This document shows positions 22,492-34,874 of a DNA stretch of 64,000 nucleotides, one piece after another. The DNA lies in NCBI RefSeq assembly GCF_001194135.2, contig NC_068981.1, positions 21,608,792-21,672,791 on the forward strand, given 5' to 3'. Within the stretch, counting starts at the first letter, position 1, and every line of letters begins with the position of its first letter. The DNA is from Octopus bimaculoides. Taxonomy: Eukaryota. The notes under the pieces were generated by a model that saw only the letters and a program-made list of their open reading frames with translations, was not told the origin of the DNA and ran no database searches. The translations under genes and the position numbers were made by a program.

Positions 22492-22677
22492 GGTGCTGAT
22501 CATATTCTAAAAAAGATTGGATTCACCCCAGATTCCTCCAATGGAGCTAAAATATCGAAAAGTATGATTGCAGACAAGGCAGCACTCATATCATGGATTA
22601 TAGATCTTGCTATTGCACAGTGTGAACTGATAAATTATATGAAAGACAAACATCCATATCCTGGCTTTATAAAGAAA
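22492..22677 (+). CDS. RNF31: HOIP-like exon 5, PUB domain C-half
   Basis: ttattctag / gtaagt, 186 nt. GADHILKKIGF...DLAIAQCELINYMKDKHPYP parallels human HOIP GGRDVLRLYGY...EVLLLRTELSLLLQNTHP (from recall). Confidence 0.88.
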
Positions 22678-22989
22678 GTAAGTGGCAAAGATGTTTGACA
22701 GTGGATTGAAGATAGTTTGATAATGAGTGATGGTCATCAATGGGATAACATAAAACAACAATTTGAATCATATTATAGGTGTATGTGCAAAAATAGATGT
22801 GTGTCAGGATGATACCACAGAATGATTATGTGCAGCATATGATTTTGAGGTAGAAGTTCATGATATTGTGACAATTGGGAGTATATATACATAAAGAGAG
22901 TCATTTAACATAACACCCATGCCCATACGCACACATACATACGTACATGGTGGCAGCAGCTCAATTTTGAGCAATGCTATTTATTACTT

Positions 22990-23480
22990 GATTGTTCTCC
23001 TAAACATGAGCATCACAGGTGTGGCTTTTCAATCCTGGTAGGGACCTACACTCTTTTGCATAGATGTAGCAACATTGGGTAGTTTTTGTAGCTGGTGTAC
23101 GGAGAATTACCATTCAAGCTGACACACACCTGCGTCCCTTCATAGAACTTTTCATTGAGTGTTTTGCCTTTTTCAACTGTAGCCAGCCATAGTAGAGATG
23201 TTGAAAAACACTTAATAGAGATGTAAAAGTCAAGTGGTGCCTGTGCTTCAAGCTTTTTATTGAAGGAAGGCTTTGCACAAGACCAATCACACTCTAAACA
23301 ACATTCACATTTTCCCCAAAAGAACTAGTCTACCTCTATGGATACAAAAATGAGGGGTTTCTCACTCCCAGCTGTTAGAAGGCCATTGGCTCTGCCGAGT
23401 TCATCTGCTCTATGTCCCAACACTTTTAGTGCTACTGATATGTAACTCAGTACAACCAGTCATGTGGTTGGGCCTTTGGT
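22990..23480 (-). mobile_element. Decayed LINE ORF2 C-terminal fragment
   Basis: Minus-strand AKECRSLPGLKSH resembles the C-terminal zinc-finger motif of RTE-like ORF2. Confidence 0.4.
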
Positions 23481-24007
23481 GATTAAATTGGCAGCCCTAA
23501 TCAGCCTGCACTTACTAGATGCAGTAAGCTGTAGTAGTTGATACCCTGATATGGATTATAACTTTAACACAAGGCCACACACAAGGTCTCAAATCGTTAG
23601 GAAAAGGATATATGTGATACATGACAGTCAGTACATGGCTTTATGACTATCAAGAATATAAAGGTAACCTTTTACCTGTCCTGTGTATTTCATGTGATAC
23701 ACAGTACATATTTTTCTGGAGTCCATGCATCCTATTTGATTCACATTCTCAGTTTTTTTTCAACTGCCAGAATAACTTGGGACTTATGAAAGGAAAGCTT
23801 CAAATTACTCAGAATATATAAAACAAAAAGCTAACTAAAACTCTGACATTTAGGACTTACTTATGAAAATGCTTTGAACAGGCAAAGAGTTAAAGAATAT
23901 AGTGTAGAATTATGATTATAGTGTCTTATGTTGTTCAAAGTTTTATATAGAATTCATTGCTGGTATTATTATTTGGTTGACTAATGACCTGCTTGTTCTT
24001 TTTGTAG

Positions 24008-24039
24008 CTCCTGGAAGAATCTGAAGTGGAGCAAGGTTG
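24008..24039 (+). CDS. RNF31: HOIP-like exon 6 microexon (alternative end 24035)
   Basis: Acceptor ttctttttgtag. LLEESEVEQG. A donor at 24040 (gtgata) keeps frame with exon 7; a donor at 24036 (gttggt) does not. Confidence 0.5.
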
Positions 24040-24795
24040 GTGATATGTAGTTATCTTCCCTTGTGTATATTTTCTATTTTACATCTTTTGCTTATAATTT
24101 TTTATAAAACTTATGTCTGGGAAATATTTCTTCTGTAGTTATTCATATTATGATTGTTGTAGATTGTGAGGTGGTGTGAAAGGTTGATGTTAACTCTCAC
24201 AAAATTGATCCTGAACTACTGAATAAACTAAAGTAGCAAAAATTATAATTAAAATACCACAATATAATTTAAATATCTACTTGTTTTAACTCCTAGATAT
24301 CCTTATGGCTGTTTAGTAATTACATATATAACATGTATGTATATGATACATATATAATACAAAACCACATTAAAATACAAATCTAAAACAAAAGAAAACA
24401 CAAACATAACTGGAGAAAGAGAGGAAGAAAGAAAGAAAACATCAATTCAACACTAAGTGCTTCAATTGGTAGCACATCACAAAGTTCATTGGAACCTCTT
24501 GAAGCTTGGTGGACACAAAACTATAAACTTTTTGCCATCATCATTGTCTTAATGGACAATACATGCATGAGTCAGACAGAATTTATTGAGGCTGATTTTT
24601 TATGGCTGGATATCCTCCCTACCACCAACCCTCCTTTGTTTCCAATGCCTTAACACTTCTGCTGTGGAGGACAGGTCTTCTTGAGTACAGCAAAGTGCTA
24701 GGTATCTCAGTCCTTAGTCAAAGTGGATGTTGAATTGATGATGATATATATATATGTGTTTTGTGTGTGTATGTTGGTTGCTATCACCATTTTCT

Positions 24796-25175
24796 GTGGA
24801 GGCGCAATGGCCCAGTGGTTAGGGCAGCAGACTCGCGTTCATAGGATCACGGTTTCGATTCCCAGACCGGGCGTTGTGAGTGTTTATTGAGCAAAAACAC
24901 CTAAAAGCTCCACGAGGCTCCAGCAGGGGATGGTGGCGGACCCTGCTGTACTCTTTCACCACAACTTTCTCTTACTTCTTGTTTTTGTTGTGCCTGTAAT
25001 TCAAAGGGTCAGCCTTGTCACACTGTGTCACGCTGAATATCCCCAAGAACTACGTTAAGGGTACGCGTGTCTGTGGAGTGCTCAGCCATTTGCACATTAA
25101 TTTCATGAGCAGGCTGTTCAGTTGATCGGATCAACTGGAACCCTCATCGTCGTAAGCGATGGAGTGCCAACAACA
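24796..25175 (+). mobile_element. Full-length tRNA-derived SINE with 13-bp TSD
   Basis: A box tggcccagtgg, B box ggtttcgattcc, (caa)n tail. TSD atcaccattttct at 24783-24795 and 25176-25188. Confidence 0.92.
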
Positions 25176-25594
25176 ATCACCATTTTCTATTTTACTTGAT
25201 TCTTTTCAAAATCCAGATTTTATTTTATTTACTTGCCAAATAAAATTATATTTATTCCTTTCCAGGATGTAGCATTTGTGGACAACCAAAGCCCAATATG
25301 ATTTGTTCATCTTGTGAAGATAAACAATTGTGCACTAGTTGTGATGGTACCTGGCACTCACATCCAAAGCGTGTTGACCATATACGTTCTCTAATAAAAG
25401 ATACTTCTCCACCGAGGTAAATTCTAAACATTTTCATACTATTTAAAAAGAGAATCTGGTGCATCGGAAAGAGAAATTGAGGAGAACATGTTGTGTCTTG
25501 TTAAGTGTCTGTAGCTATGAAGTGTATTGTAAATGTGAGGCAGAGGAATCAATTCCTGGTGAACTTGCTGTTAACAGATTTAACTGCCTAAGAG

Positions 25595-25740
25595 CAAATG
25601 TGGCTGTGTGGGTAAGAAGCTTGCTTCTCAACCATGAAGTTTCAGATGTAGTACCACTGTGTGGTACCTTTGGCAAGTGCCTTCTATTGTAGCTTTGAGT
25701 CAACCAAAACCTTGTGAGTGGATGTGGTTGACTGATTTTA
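25595..25740 (+). mobile_element. CORE-like SINE fragment
   Basis: ggctgtgtgggtaagaagcttgcttc...acctttggcaagtg has a MIR/CORE-like core. Relatives at 43355-43500, 46600-46770 (-), 48300-48450, 52090-52250 and 59010-59390. Confidence 0.65.
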
Positions 25741-26250
25741 TGTCCAATAACACTTACACAATGCCTCACAGATCCTCTCCACCCTATTGACATGATCCAG
25801 AGGCAAGCCAAGGCAAGATATCCAGTGCCAGTACAGGTTGCAGGCTCAGCAATGTGGGAGAACAATGATCTCAAATGCAAGCAAAAGATCTCCAAAATGT
25901 TTAATGCCATTCCATGCAAATCTGGTTTTATATCAGAGTGACCTTCTCCTAGAGACAAGCTTCAACAAAACCTGAGGGGTGTCTCACCCCCAGTGGTCTT
26001 CCAGCATGCCAGACACCAACCTGGAATTTCTGAAGGCCCATGCTATTGCTAGACAGTTATTGAATCTACTCTAGGTTCATCTATCCTTTTGACAGGTCTT
26101 GTTTTTAATCCTGCTAGGTTTCTAGCCACCCTCCTCACCAGGCAAGCCTAGTGGGGATGCTGGTTCAGTCACTGACAACTTAGCTGTGCAACAGGTTGTA
26201 CTGGGCTCCATGTTACCAGTAGCACTTGTGAGAGACCACACAAGAGACCT

Positions 26251-26351
<101 letters not shown>

Positions 26352-26586
26352 GTATGTGTGTATCCTTGTCTTGATATTGGTTCGGAAGCAAACTTCTTAG
26401 CCACACACCCACACCTGTATGGTTGGAGCAACTCCTTTTACATGTTTGACTGCTTTTGAATGTAAAAGAGAATAGATCTTGTAATTAGATATTGAGAAAA
26501 TATTTTCTGACTTGTTATTTGTAACAATTTAACATTAATGGAACTATTAACCCAGATAGATTTCTGTTTTCGTTTCTTTTCTTCAG

Positions 26587-26641
26587 TTTACTGTCTGGAA
26601 TTTCAAGTTTACATCAGTCTGCAGATCCATATATCTCACAG
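26587..26641 (+). CDS. RNF31: HOIP-like exon 7 (55 nt)
   Basis: tttcttttcttcag / cag|gtaagt. LLSGISSLHQSADPYISQ ends in phase 0, as exon 8 requires. Confidence 0.7.
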
Positions 26642-26779
26642 GTAAGTTAGTTTTTTCTTTCTAACTCTAGTTATCCGACATGAACTTAAATTACTCAAGA
26701 ATCCCTTTAGTTTTAGATCAACTTAGTTCTTAATTTGTTTCCCATAAAATTGTGGTTATATGTTATCATAGTAGTAGTG

Positions 26780-27233
26780 GTATATTATTTACATTATTTA
26801 AATTGGACGGATAGGTGTCCTGGTGGAATTTTGAACCCAACCTTGGGTTCTCATTCCTAAGGTATTTTTTGCTGATGTTATTATTATTATTATTATTATT
26901 ATTTATTTATTTATTTTTTCTTATTCAAGGAACTGCCTGGAATTGAACTCGGAATCTTAGGGTTGATAGCCTACCCTCTTAGCCATTATGCTATATTCCC
27001 ATGAATTATAGAGTGAATTCCAGGCAGTGCCTTGAATAAATAATGATAATAATAATAATAATAATAATAATAGTAACATCAGCAAAAAATACCTTAGGAA
27101 TGAGAACCCAGGGTTGGGTTCAAAATTCCACCAGGACACCTGATGAAGGCTGGAGAGTAAATCAGTCGAAATGTTGTGGTAACAACAAACAAGATGGAGA
27201 CACATATCTGTCCAATGTAAATAATGTACATAA
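26780..27233. mobile_element. Penelope-like element termini in inverted orientation
   Basis: Arms 26814-26950 and 27011-27140 are near-perfect reverse complements. The right arm continues into cctgatgaag...tcgaaatgttg, typical of PLE ends. Confidence 0.7.
27136..27179 (+). ncRNA. Putative minimal type I hammerhead ribozyme (Penelope-associated)
   Basis: ACAC-CUGAUGA-A-GGCUG(loop)CAGUC-GAAA-U-GUU-GUG. Core boxes, stem II and a 3-bp stem I are visible. Stem III has no loop. Confidence 0.5.
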
Positions 27234-28293
27234 TTCCTCATCTCTCAAAATATTTGCAGAAAATAAACACAGAAAGCAGATTCATTGTTATTCTGTAAAC
27301 AATACCAAATGGTATATTTCCTATTTGCTGCTAGTATTGACTAAGATGACGCTTAATGGTAAAAACAATGTTGCAGATGATAAAAGAGCTTCTATACTAG
27401 TGTGACAAATGTTAGTTCAACTTTAGTGATAATTCTAGTTAAGCAAACCATGTAATCTGGAAAGCAAGTTAAAAGTTCATGACTGGGTAAAGCTAGAGTT
27501 CTTTCACACTCAGTGTTGCAAAGGCAAGTTCAGTTGCCTGAGAAAGGCCTTAAGTTTGTGTGTGTTCCTATAAGTAAGTCTGCATGGTGCAAGCATTCAT
27601 AGATGTGTTTCTTTATGGTATATGTATATTTGTGTGTATCCATACAAGTAAGTCTATAGCATGTCAGTCCATAGAAGTAAGTGTCTATAAGTATATGATG
27701 TGAACAACCATACAAGTGAAGATGTATACGTATCTGTACAGTTGAGTCTGTACAATGTGCATTTCCTTCCATACAAATATGCATAAATGTACATTTTCAC
27801 TATCCAGCTAATGCATGGTTTCATTAAGAAAGTGTAGAAAATGGTTGATCTGTTCTGGAATGCCAGAGAAAGTAAAGGAATGTTAATCACTCATTGGTTG
27901 GTGATTAAAACCCATTTCACTTGCCCAGTAAAATGGTGTGCAACCAAATCACAATGTGGCATAGTTCATGGTGAAACATTTGCTTTAACGTGCAATGGTA
28001 ATTATATTAGCTCTTCCCTCTCAGGTCGCAGGTAATGAAATAGAAACAGCAATTGTTAAGGAGCCACTCATATATTGAAAAGTAAATGTATCTTTATATG
28101 AACATAGGTTGCTAAAATGTTTTCTTTGATTTCTTGAAGAAATCTTTTTTTCACAATTAATGTAGGAAGTTTTACATTATTAGTAAAGTTTGAACTCAAA
28201 AAATGTCAAGTAAATGATTTTCTTCTAAAAACATTACTTGTCTTGTGTTACGGTTCTTTGCAGAATAAATATTTCATTAAACTGTTTTTTCAG

Positions 28294-29157
28294 AAACAAT
28301 ATCAAGATGCTTTGGATATGGATCCGAAGAAACTTGAACGTATTTTACAAGACCTGAGTAATACACTCGAGAGTATGGAATGTGACGAAAATTTTAATGC
28401 CAAAAAAATTGAATTGACACGCAAACGTACTGTTTTTACGAATGTCTATATAAAGAAAGTTGATAAAGAACTACAAAAATTAAGTCAACATATTGATAAT
28501 GTGGATCGACACATTCAAACTCTTGTATTAGACGACAGGGATTTTTATGAACGAGATGAATATGTAGCCCTTACTCAAGACAAACAGTTTATCCAACAAA
28601 AAATATCTGAGTATAGGGAAAAACAAAAATATTATATGCTTTTACCATACAAGGATGGTAAATTATTTCCCAGTCATGCATTAAGTCAGCAAGAATATGG
28701 TTATATGTCTGATTCTCAATTCAATCGAGATAACCACAGATGTAAAGATTCTTCAGTAATGCTTTCTTCAAGTTATGGTAATTGGGAAAAATCTCCAGTG
28801 CATAAACCTCCAATGGTGCTCAGTGATAATTATCTTGAATTCCAAGACATAAATTTCTCTGTGCCACCTGAATCTAGTCAGCTAGATGAACTTGCACACT
28901 TAATAGGAAAATCTCCACAGAAAACACCGCCTTTAACAACACTTTTCTCAAGTTTTGGTGGTATTCCTGATGATGATAGTGGAATAATTTATTGGAAATG
29001 TTCTACATGTGGCCATAAAAATTCTCCAGACAGGGAAAAATGTTTTAATTGTGACAAGTGGAAAGAATGCAAAACTAGAAAAGACACACCTTCTTTTACT
29101 GAAGCAAATGAAAATATGTCTACAACTTTCCAAACGGTTGCTGCTGAACAAGATCAA
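28294..29157 (+). CDS. RNF31: HOIP-like exon 8 (864 nt): coiled coil, linker, NZF zinc finger
   Basis: ttttttcag / caa|gtaagt, inside ORF 28243-29184. WKCSTCGHKNSPDREKCFNC is a RanBP2/NZF pattern. Confidence 0.9.
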
Positions 29158-29203
29158 GTAAGTGAAACTCTTGTAGGATTTTAATTGCTTTTGTGATCTA
29201 GAG

Positions 29204-29471
29204 CAGGGGTTTTCAAACTTTTTGACTTGTGGACCCCTTTATATTTCAGGCTTTACCCTTATAAACGCTTATGAAATTTATACATAAATATTTGCTTAAA
29301 ATAACATATATTTTTACATTTATTTATTTAACAGTATTTAACAAATAGGTTTATTGTCAATTAAAAGATTTCGATTAAAAAACATATATAAAATCAAATT
29401 GCCCATAAAAAGTATTTGCTGTCCACGGACCCCCTGTCTTGTCCTTGCGGACCACAGTTTGAAAACCCCTG
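29204..29471. mobile_element. hAT (Charlie-like) MITE
   Basis: Perfect 16-bp TIR caggggttttcaaact. Perfect 8-bp TSD atctagag at 29196-29203 and 29472-29479. Confidence 0.92.
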
Positions 29472-29533
29472 ATCTAGAGTAATATCTATTGTATTCCAAT
29501 GTTATTTGACTTAATCCTGATGTTATACTAGAG

Positions 29534-30070
29534 CAGGGGTCACCAAACTTTTTCAACTATCGACCCCCTTTAGCCACTTCTTCTTCCATATCGACCCCCT
29601 TTAGCCACTTCTCCTTCTGCATCAACCACCCTCCACATTTAAAATATCTTAATATCTTACCCTACCGTACCATGTCTTAAATGCGTACCAGGTACTGATG
29701 CTGGCAATTAAAATGTTAGCTAAAATATACATGTACGACAAATTAAGAGATTCTATTGAAGATGATGCACTTTTTACATTTAAAATTATGTGTTCAAGTA
29801 TACAGTATTAAACTTTCAACTTGTATGAAATTGCTTTCACGGTTAGAAAATGTGAAAAACGCATCATATTGTTGGAATATCTTTAATTGAAATTGACAAC
29901 GTCAAGGTGAGGGATGAGCATGGCGCTGACTAAGTATTTCAAGCAGTTCATCTGGGTGAGCTGGTGTTCCGCACGCTGACCCCCATTCGACCCCCTTGGT
30001 TATCATCGACTTCCCTGTAATTCCTTGCCAACCCTTAGGGGGTCCTTTGGACCCCTTTTGGTGATCCCTG
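29534..30070. mobile_element. Second hAT MITE
   Basis: TIR caggggtcaccaaa / tttggtgatccctg. TSD tactagag / tactagac (7 of 8). Confidence 0.85.
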
Positions 30071-30676
30071 TACTAGACCATATTGGCATAGATTGAACAA
30101 TTTTCCACATTAACCAATGTATTTTGTTAGATGTTGGGATCGTTCTATTAGACTATGTAGATGTAGGCTTATGTATTATATAATTATTATTTCCATTTAT
30201 TCATTTTTCTGTTATTTACATAACTAGCAATCATGTTCTACTTAACAAATCCCTTATCTATTTTTTATGTTTTTAGCATTATCTTCTCATTATTACAAAC
30301 ACCACTGTCTACCATTTATCTACCATTGTATTCAACTTCTAAATAGATTCTATTAGTAACTTGTAACTGTGATCAGGGAATAAGAGCCTCCTAAGACTAG
30401 AGAGTCCTGTAACAAGACAGAGAACTCTTGATTTTTATGAAAATATCAGCTTTATAAAATTTACAAACATTTAGAAATATTTCAATATTTAGGTTTTGCT
30501 GAAATGTTTTATAATTATTTATTATTTCTCTAACTGAATCACTGTGTTGATAAAAATTAGAATACTTGACCATTTCTACTGATTCCTCTTCATTTACTTC
30601 CCTGGATCCATTTATCTCTTTCTATGTCTCACTCTGCATTACCTGAATAAATAGTAATTTAAAATCTAATTTTCAG

Positions 30677-31036
30677 ATTTTGTTAGAGAAAAAAATAGCT
30701 CAACAACAATACAGAAACTCTCTTCAAATGTTGTCTGAAGGCAACAACCCTTTTGATTATGAATCTGCAATAGAACCTACATCTCCATGCAGAACAGTGA
30801 ATCAACCATGTATCAATTTAGAAGATGATAGAAAAAACCTGAGCTTTAACAAAGTTGACATGGCCACAGCATCTCCTGATGGTCCGGATAAAATTGAAAG
30901 GGTTAAAGTTTCATCTGAAGATCTGTCTCAAACCGGTGGGATGAAAGCTTTGCCTGAAGATCTGCATAAAATTGACGAGAAAAGGAGTCGAATTGAGATG
31001 GTAGTTGAAGCTGGAGAAATTGTCAAACAGTTACGG
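30677..31036 (+). CDS. RNF31: HOIP-like exon 9: linker and start of UBA region
   Basis: tttcag / cgg|gtaagg, 360 nt. Ends RSRIEMVVEAGEIVKQLR, similar to human KMREEGLQLVSMIR. Confidence 0.88.
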
Positions 31037-31968
31037 GTAAGGCTATTGAACCATTACTATTGCTAATTCAGCTACAATTAGTACTATAATAGTGAGCATT
31101 AATTAACGTCATTATTTAATGTCCATAATCATTGCTGGTATGGGTTGGATGGTTTAGCAGTACTTGATGGACCAAAGAGCTGCATTGTTCTCCAGTGTTT
31201 GCTTTTGCATGGTTTCTATGGCTGGATGCCCTTTCTAATGTCAACCACTTTACAGCATGTACAGGATGCTTTTTTATGTCACTAGTCCTAGAGAGGTTGC
31301 CATTTAGCTTATAAGACAACGAACCCCGAAATGGATGGCTTTATTCTAGGAAATGATGGGTAAAAGTATGAGAGAAGAAGTCAAAGCAGACCAGGTTTTT
31401 TGCTGTAGAGGGTCTACATGACTAGTCACATTTTAGAAGAGGCTGGGAGTGATTAACTGGAGCTAGAAAGCTATAAAGATAGTGGTGGTGAGAAATTAGG
31501 GTGGACCTTCAATGTATGAGATGGGTAGAAATGAGTGGAACTGAGAGACCAAGAGTGGGTGGCTGGAAGTTGCAAAAGAGCATTGGGGGGAGGGGGTTGA
31601 GTGATGGGAGAATGAGTGAGAGAGAGGAGGTAGGTGAGTACCAATGATACAAAAGTTAGTGGGGAATGAGAAGAATAGGAGATTACTGACTGTGGAGCAG
31701 TAGAATAGTTATGATGATACAGTAGACATGAGGAGGATGTGAGACTTATGTTGGTTGGGGAGGAGAGATAATTTAGTGGCTCAGTGGTTAGGAGGTGATC
31801 AATGAAAGTGTGGGTAGACAGAACTGCATTAACGGATGTAGGATGGACAACGAGTATAATGGTTCTGGATAGTAAGAAAAACGAGCGGTATCAAGGAAGA
31901 GCTACCTTTAAGGAGGTGATGAGGATGACTTAAGGAAGAAGAGAATTGGGTGAAGGATCTAGTCTAAC

Positions 31969-32398
31969 CATCATCATCATCATCATCGTTTAACGTCCGC
32001 TTTCCATGCTAGCATGGGTTGGACGATTTGACTGAGGACTGGTGAAACCGGATGGCAACACCAGGTTCCAATCTGATTTGGCAGAGTTTCTACAGCTGGA
32101 TGCCCTTCCTAACGCCAACCACTCAGAGAGTGTAGTGGGTGCTTTTACGTGTCACCCGCACGAAGGCTAGTCAGGCGGTACTGGCAATGGCCAAGCTCAA
32201 AATGGTGTATTTTATGTGCCACCCGCACAAGAGCCAGTCCAGGGGCACTGGCAACGATCTCGCTTGAAAATCCTACGAAGGCCAGTCAGGCGGTACTGGC
32301 AATGGCCATGCTCAAAATGGTGTATTTTATGTGCCACCCGCACAAGAGCCAGTCCAGGGGCACTGGCAACGATCTCGCTCGAAAATCCTACGAAGGCA
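31969..32398 (-). mobile_element. RTE-type 3' tail copy with internal 115-bp duplication
   Basis: (CAT)n then gtttaacgtccgc. The block starting cgaagg occurs at 32161 and 32276. Confidence 0.9.
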
Positions 32399-33084
32399 AA
32401 CTGATGTACATAGACTTCTTTTAGTATTATGAATGGACTTTGAACTTAGGAGAATTCTCTTTGTTATTGTTTGTTCTACATCATCCACACTTGGTTTCCA
32501 ACTTATACATAACATTGTAAAGGACTTAATTATTTTTATCCATTTTATATCACACTTTGTGAACAACAAACTGTGTTGTTAGTTACAGATTTTTAATGGG
32601 CCTATCATTGGACCACTGTATTTTTGGTGGTGAGAATGACAAGGGAGTGTCTTTTCAATTCAGGTGGAACAAATACCACAAAGTATTTTTGTTTGAAAGT
32701 TACCAGTTTATTAGTTTTCTTACTGCAGTTAAGTGTATATCTTTTATTGATATACGTTGATGAAATGTGTGTGTATGGATGGATGGACAGGTGGATGGAT
32801 ATGCATACATGCACGCATGCATACATACTTGCTTACATGCTCACATGCTTACATTCACAACTTCTCGTTTGATCAGAAATAATGAATAATTGACCTAAAG
32901 TAATCTAAACCGAGATGGTTCTCATGGTTAAGCTATCATTCTGATAATAATAATGATAATGAAATTATTGTGTATAATTCTCAGGTGCACTACAACTCAT
33001 CAAAGGTGCATGTACAGTTCATAGAATTATGTACAGAGGTCAGGAAAGTGAACAGTGTATGAGTCATGATATGGGAGGGGATAT

Positions 33085-34060
33085 CAGGTGTAGTGTTGGT
33101 GAATTCCGGGAAGCATGGAGGTTTTAAAGGATGACTCAACAGCTAACAACTGACGCAGGTAGTTTGTTCCATGCTTCAGCAACTTTGAGTATGAAAAAAT
33201 GTTTCCAAAAGTCATGGGAGCGGTGCTGTTTTCTGACTTTGTAGGCATGGCCACATGTATTAGACACATGGAGTTCAAAAAGGTGCTCAATGTGGTTGTT
33301 GGCATGATGGTTAATGATTTTGTGGGTGTTTACCAAGTCAGTTGCCAGACGTCAGAGCTTCAATGTATCTATGCCCAGGGAAGCAAGGCGTTCAGAATAT
33401 GGTAAATGCCTGATGGAGGGTATTCGCTTGGTTGTATGTCTCTGAACAGTTTCCAGGAGGTCTATGTCCTGAGCAAGATAGGGGTTCCAGACTGGTGATA
33501 CAAATTCCAAGTGTGGCTGCACCATAATCATATACAACCTTAAATAGACAGCTGGANNNNNNNNNNGTGGCTGCACCATAATCATATACAACCTTAAATA
33601 GACAGCTGGAGAGTGGCTGACAAAGGTCTTGCTGAGTGATGCCAAGACACCCTTGGTCTTCTTGACAATTTTACAGATGTGCTTTGTCCAGTGCAAATCG
33701 CTGCTGACAGTAATGCCTAGGTCACATTCACAAGAAGACTTCTTGATATTTTCTATGTTGTTTATCAAACATTTTCCATTTTTCATTCCTAACACTCAGC
33801 AATGTCTTCCATTAATTTCTTCACATAGTATGCTTGACTTGTGATTTGACTCACCTTAAATATCATAAAATAATCAAAGTTGGTGACCTGATTGTAATAT
33901 TTCAGGTATAACAACCAGCCTTTTTACCATCCAATTTATTAACATACTAAAAGCTAGAACTATAACTATTTGTAAATGAATATAATATTTTAATCTCTTC
34001 ATTTTCCTGTATTGATCTGTAAGAAGGGGAAGTGAACTTGTTGCAAAACTGCATTGCAAA
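33085..34060 (-). mobile_element. Decayed CR1-clade LINE RT C-terminal region
   Basis: ECDLGITVSSDLHWTKHI, VQPHLEFVSPVWNPY, LETVQRHTTKRIP, LPYSERLASLG, FFILKVAEAWNKLP. Confidence 0.9.
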
Positions 34061-34874
34061 GATTGGCCTTCCTTTTCAGGTTAAGAAATTATCTCAGCTT
34101 TCAATACATAATTAACCTTACACAAAGTTCAAAGTAGAGTACTTCTCTCATCTCAGACAGTGCTCTTCTACCTCTATTACAATGTCTTCCTCTCTGTTGA
34201 GCTTGATGGCTTTGGGCCATCTTCACCCAGATTCACCTGACTCACCCATTTCCCTACATTGTCTATATTAAGTTCTCTCTTAGGTTCTACACAAACCACT
34301 TTGTTTTTGCCAGACTGTTAGTCTTCTGGAAATCTCTTTTCTGCAAGTTTTTGCCTGTAGCTATCAAGTTGCTGCTATTTAAGAGAAACTTCAACTGCAT
34401 TGGTTTTGGGAGTCTTGTGAAGGCCATAGGGTCAGAACAAATTAAAAGAAAAAAAAAACGAAAAAGAAAACGGGGCCCTGGAATGAAGAAGTAAAGTTTT
34501 CAGTTAATAGTAATTAGATTTGCTACAAAATATTAACTTGTTAACAACGAAGCCAGCAATATCTGGCCAAAATATTCTACCCGTTTTATGTTAAAACTGA
34601 CCTGATCCAGACTCTCACACCTACCCTGCAATGTCATTCTAAAAATAAACAATCACATCATTGAAATCTTGAAGCTATGAGGGAATGTATAATTAATTCA
34701 AAACAATGTTAATAAATAAGCATCTCATTTCACAGAATAATCTGAATGCTAGAATACATTGATTTACTCTTGTTAATACCCTTTAAAATAACACAGTCTT
34801 TCAGTGATTGAATACAGTAAGAGTTTACTAGAGTTCAGTACACAACTCTGGGGAATAGCAATGAGAATAGCAAA

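Noticed and set aside
24796-24870. tRNA-like sequence with A and B boxes (also 59557-59630 and 14815-14890)
   Set aside because: It continues into a shared SINE body with tail and TSDs, so it is not a tRNA gene.
33513-33610. Direct 44-bp duplication within the CR1 LINE
   Set aside because: It flanks a 10-N gap exactly, which is typical of unmerged contig overlap and so probably an artefact.
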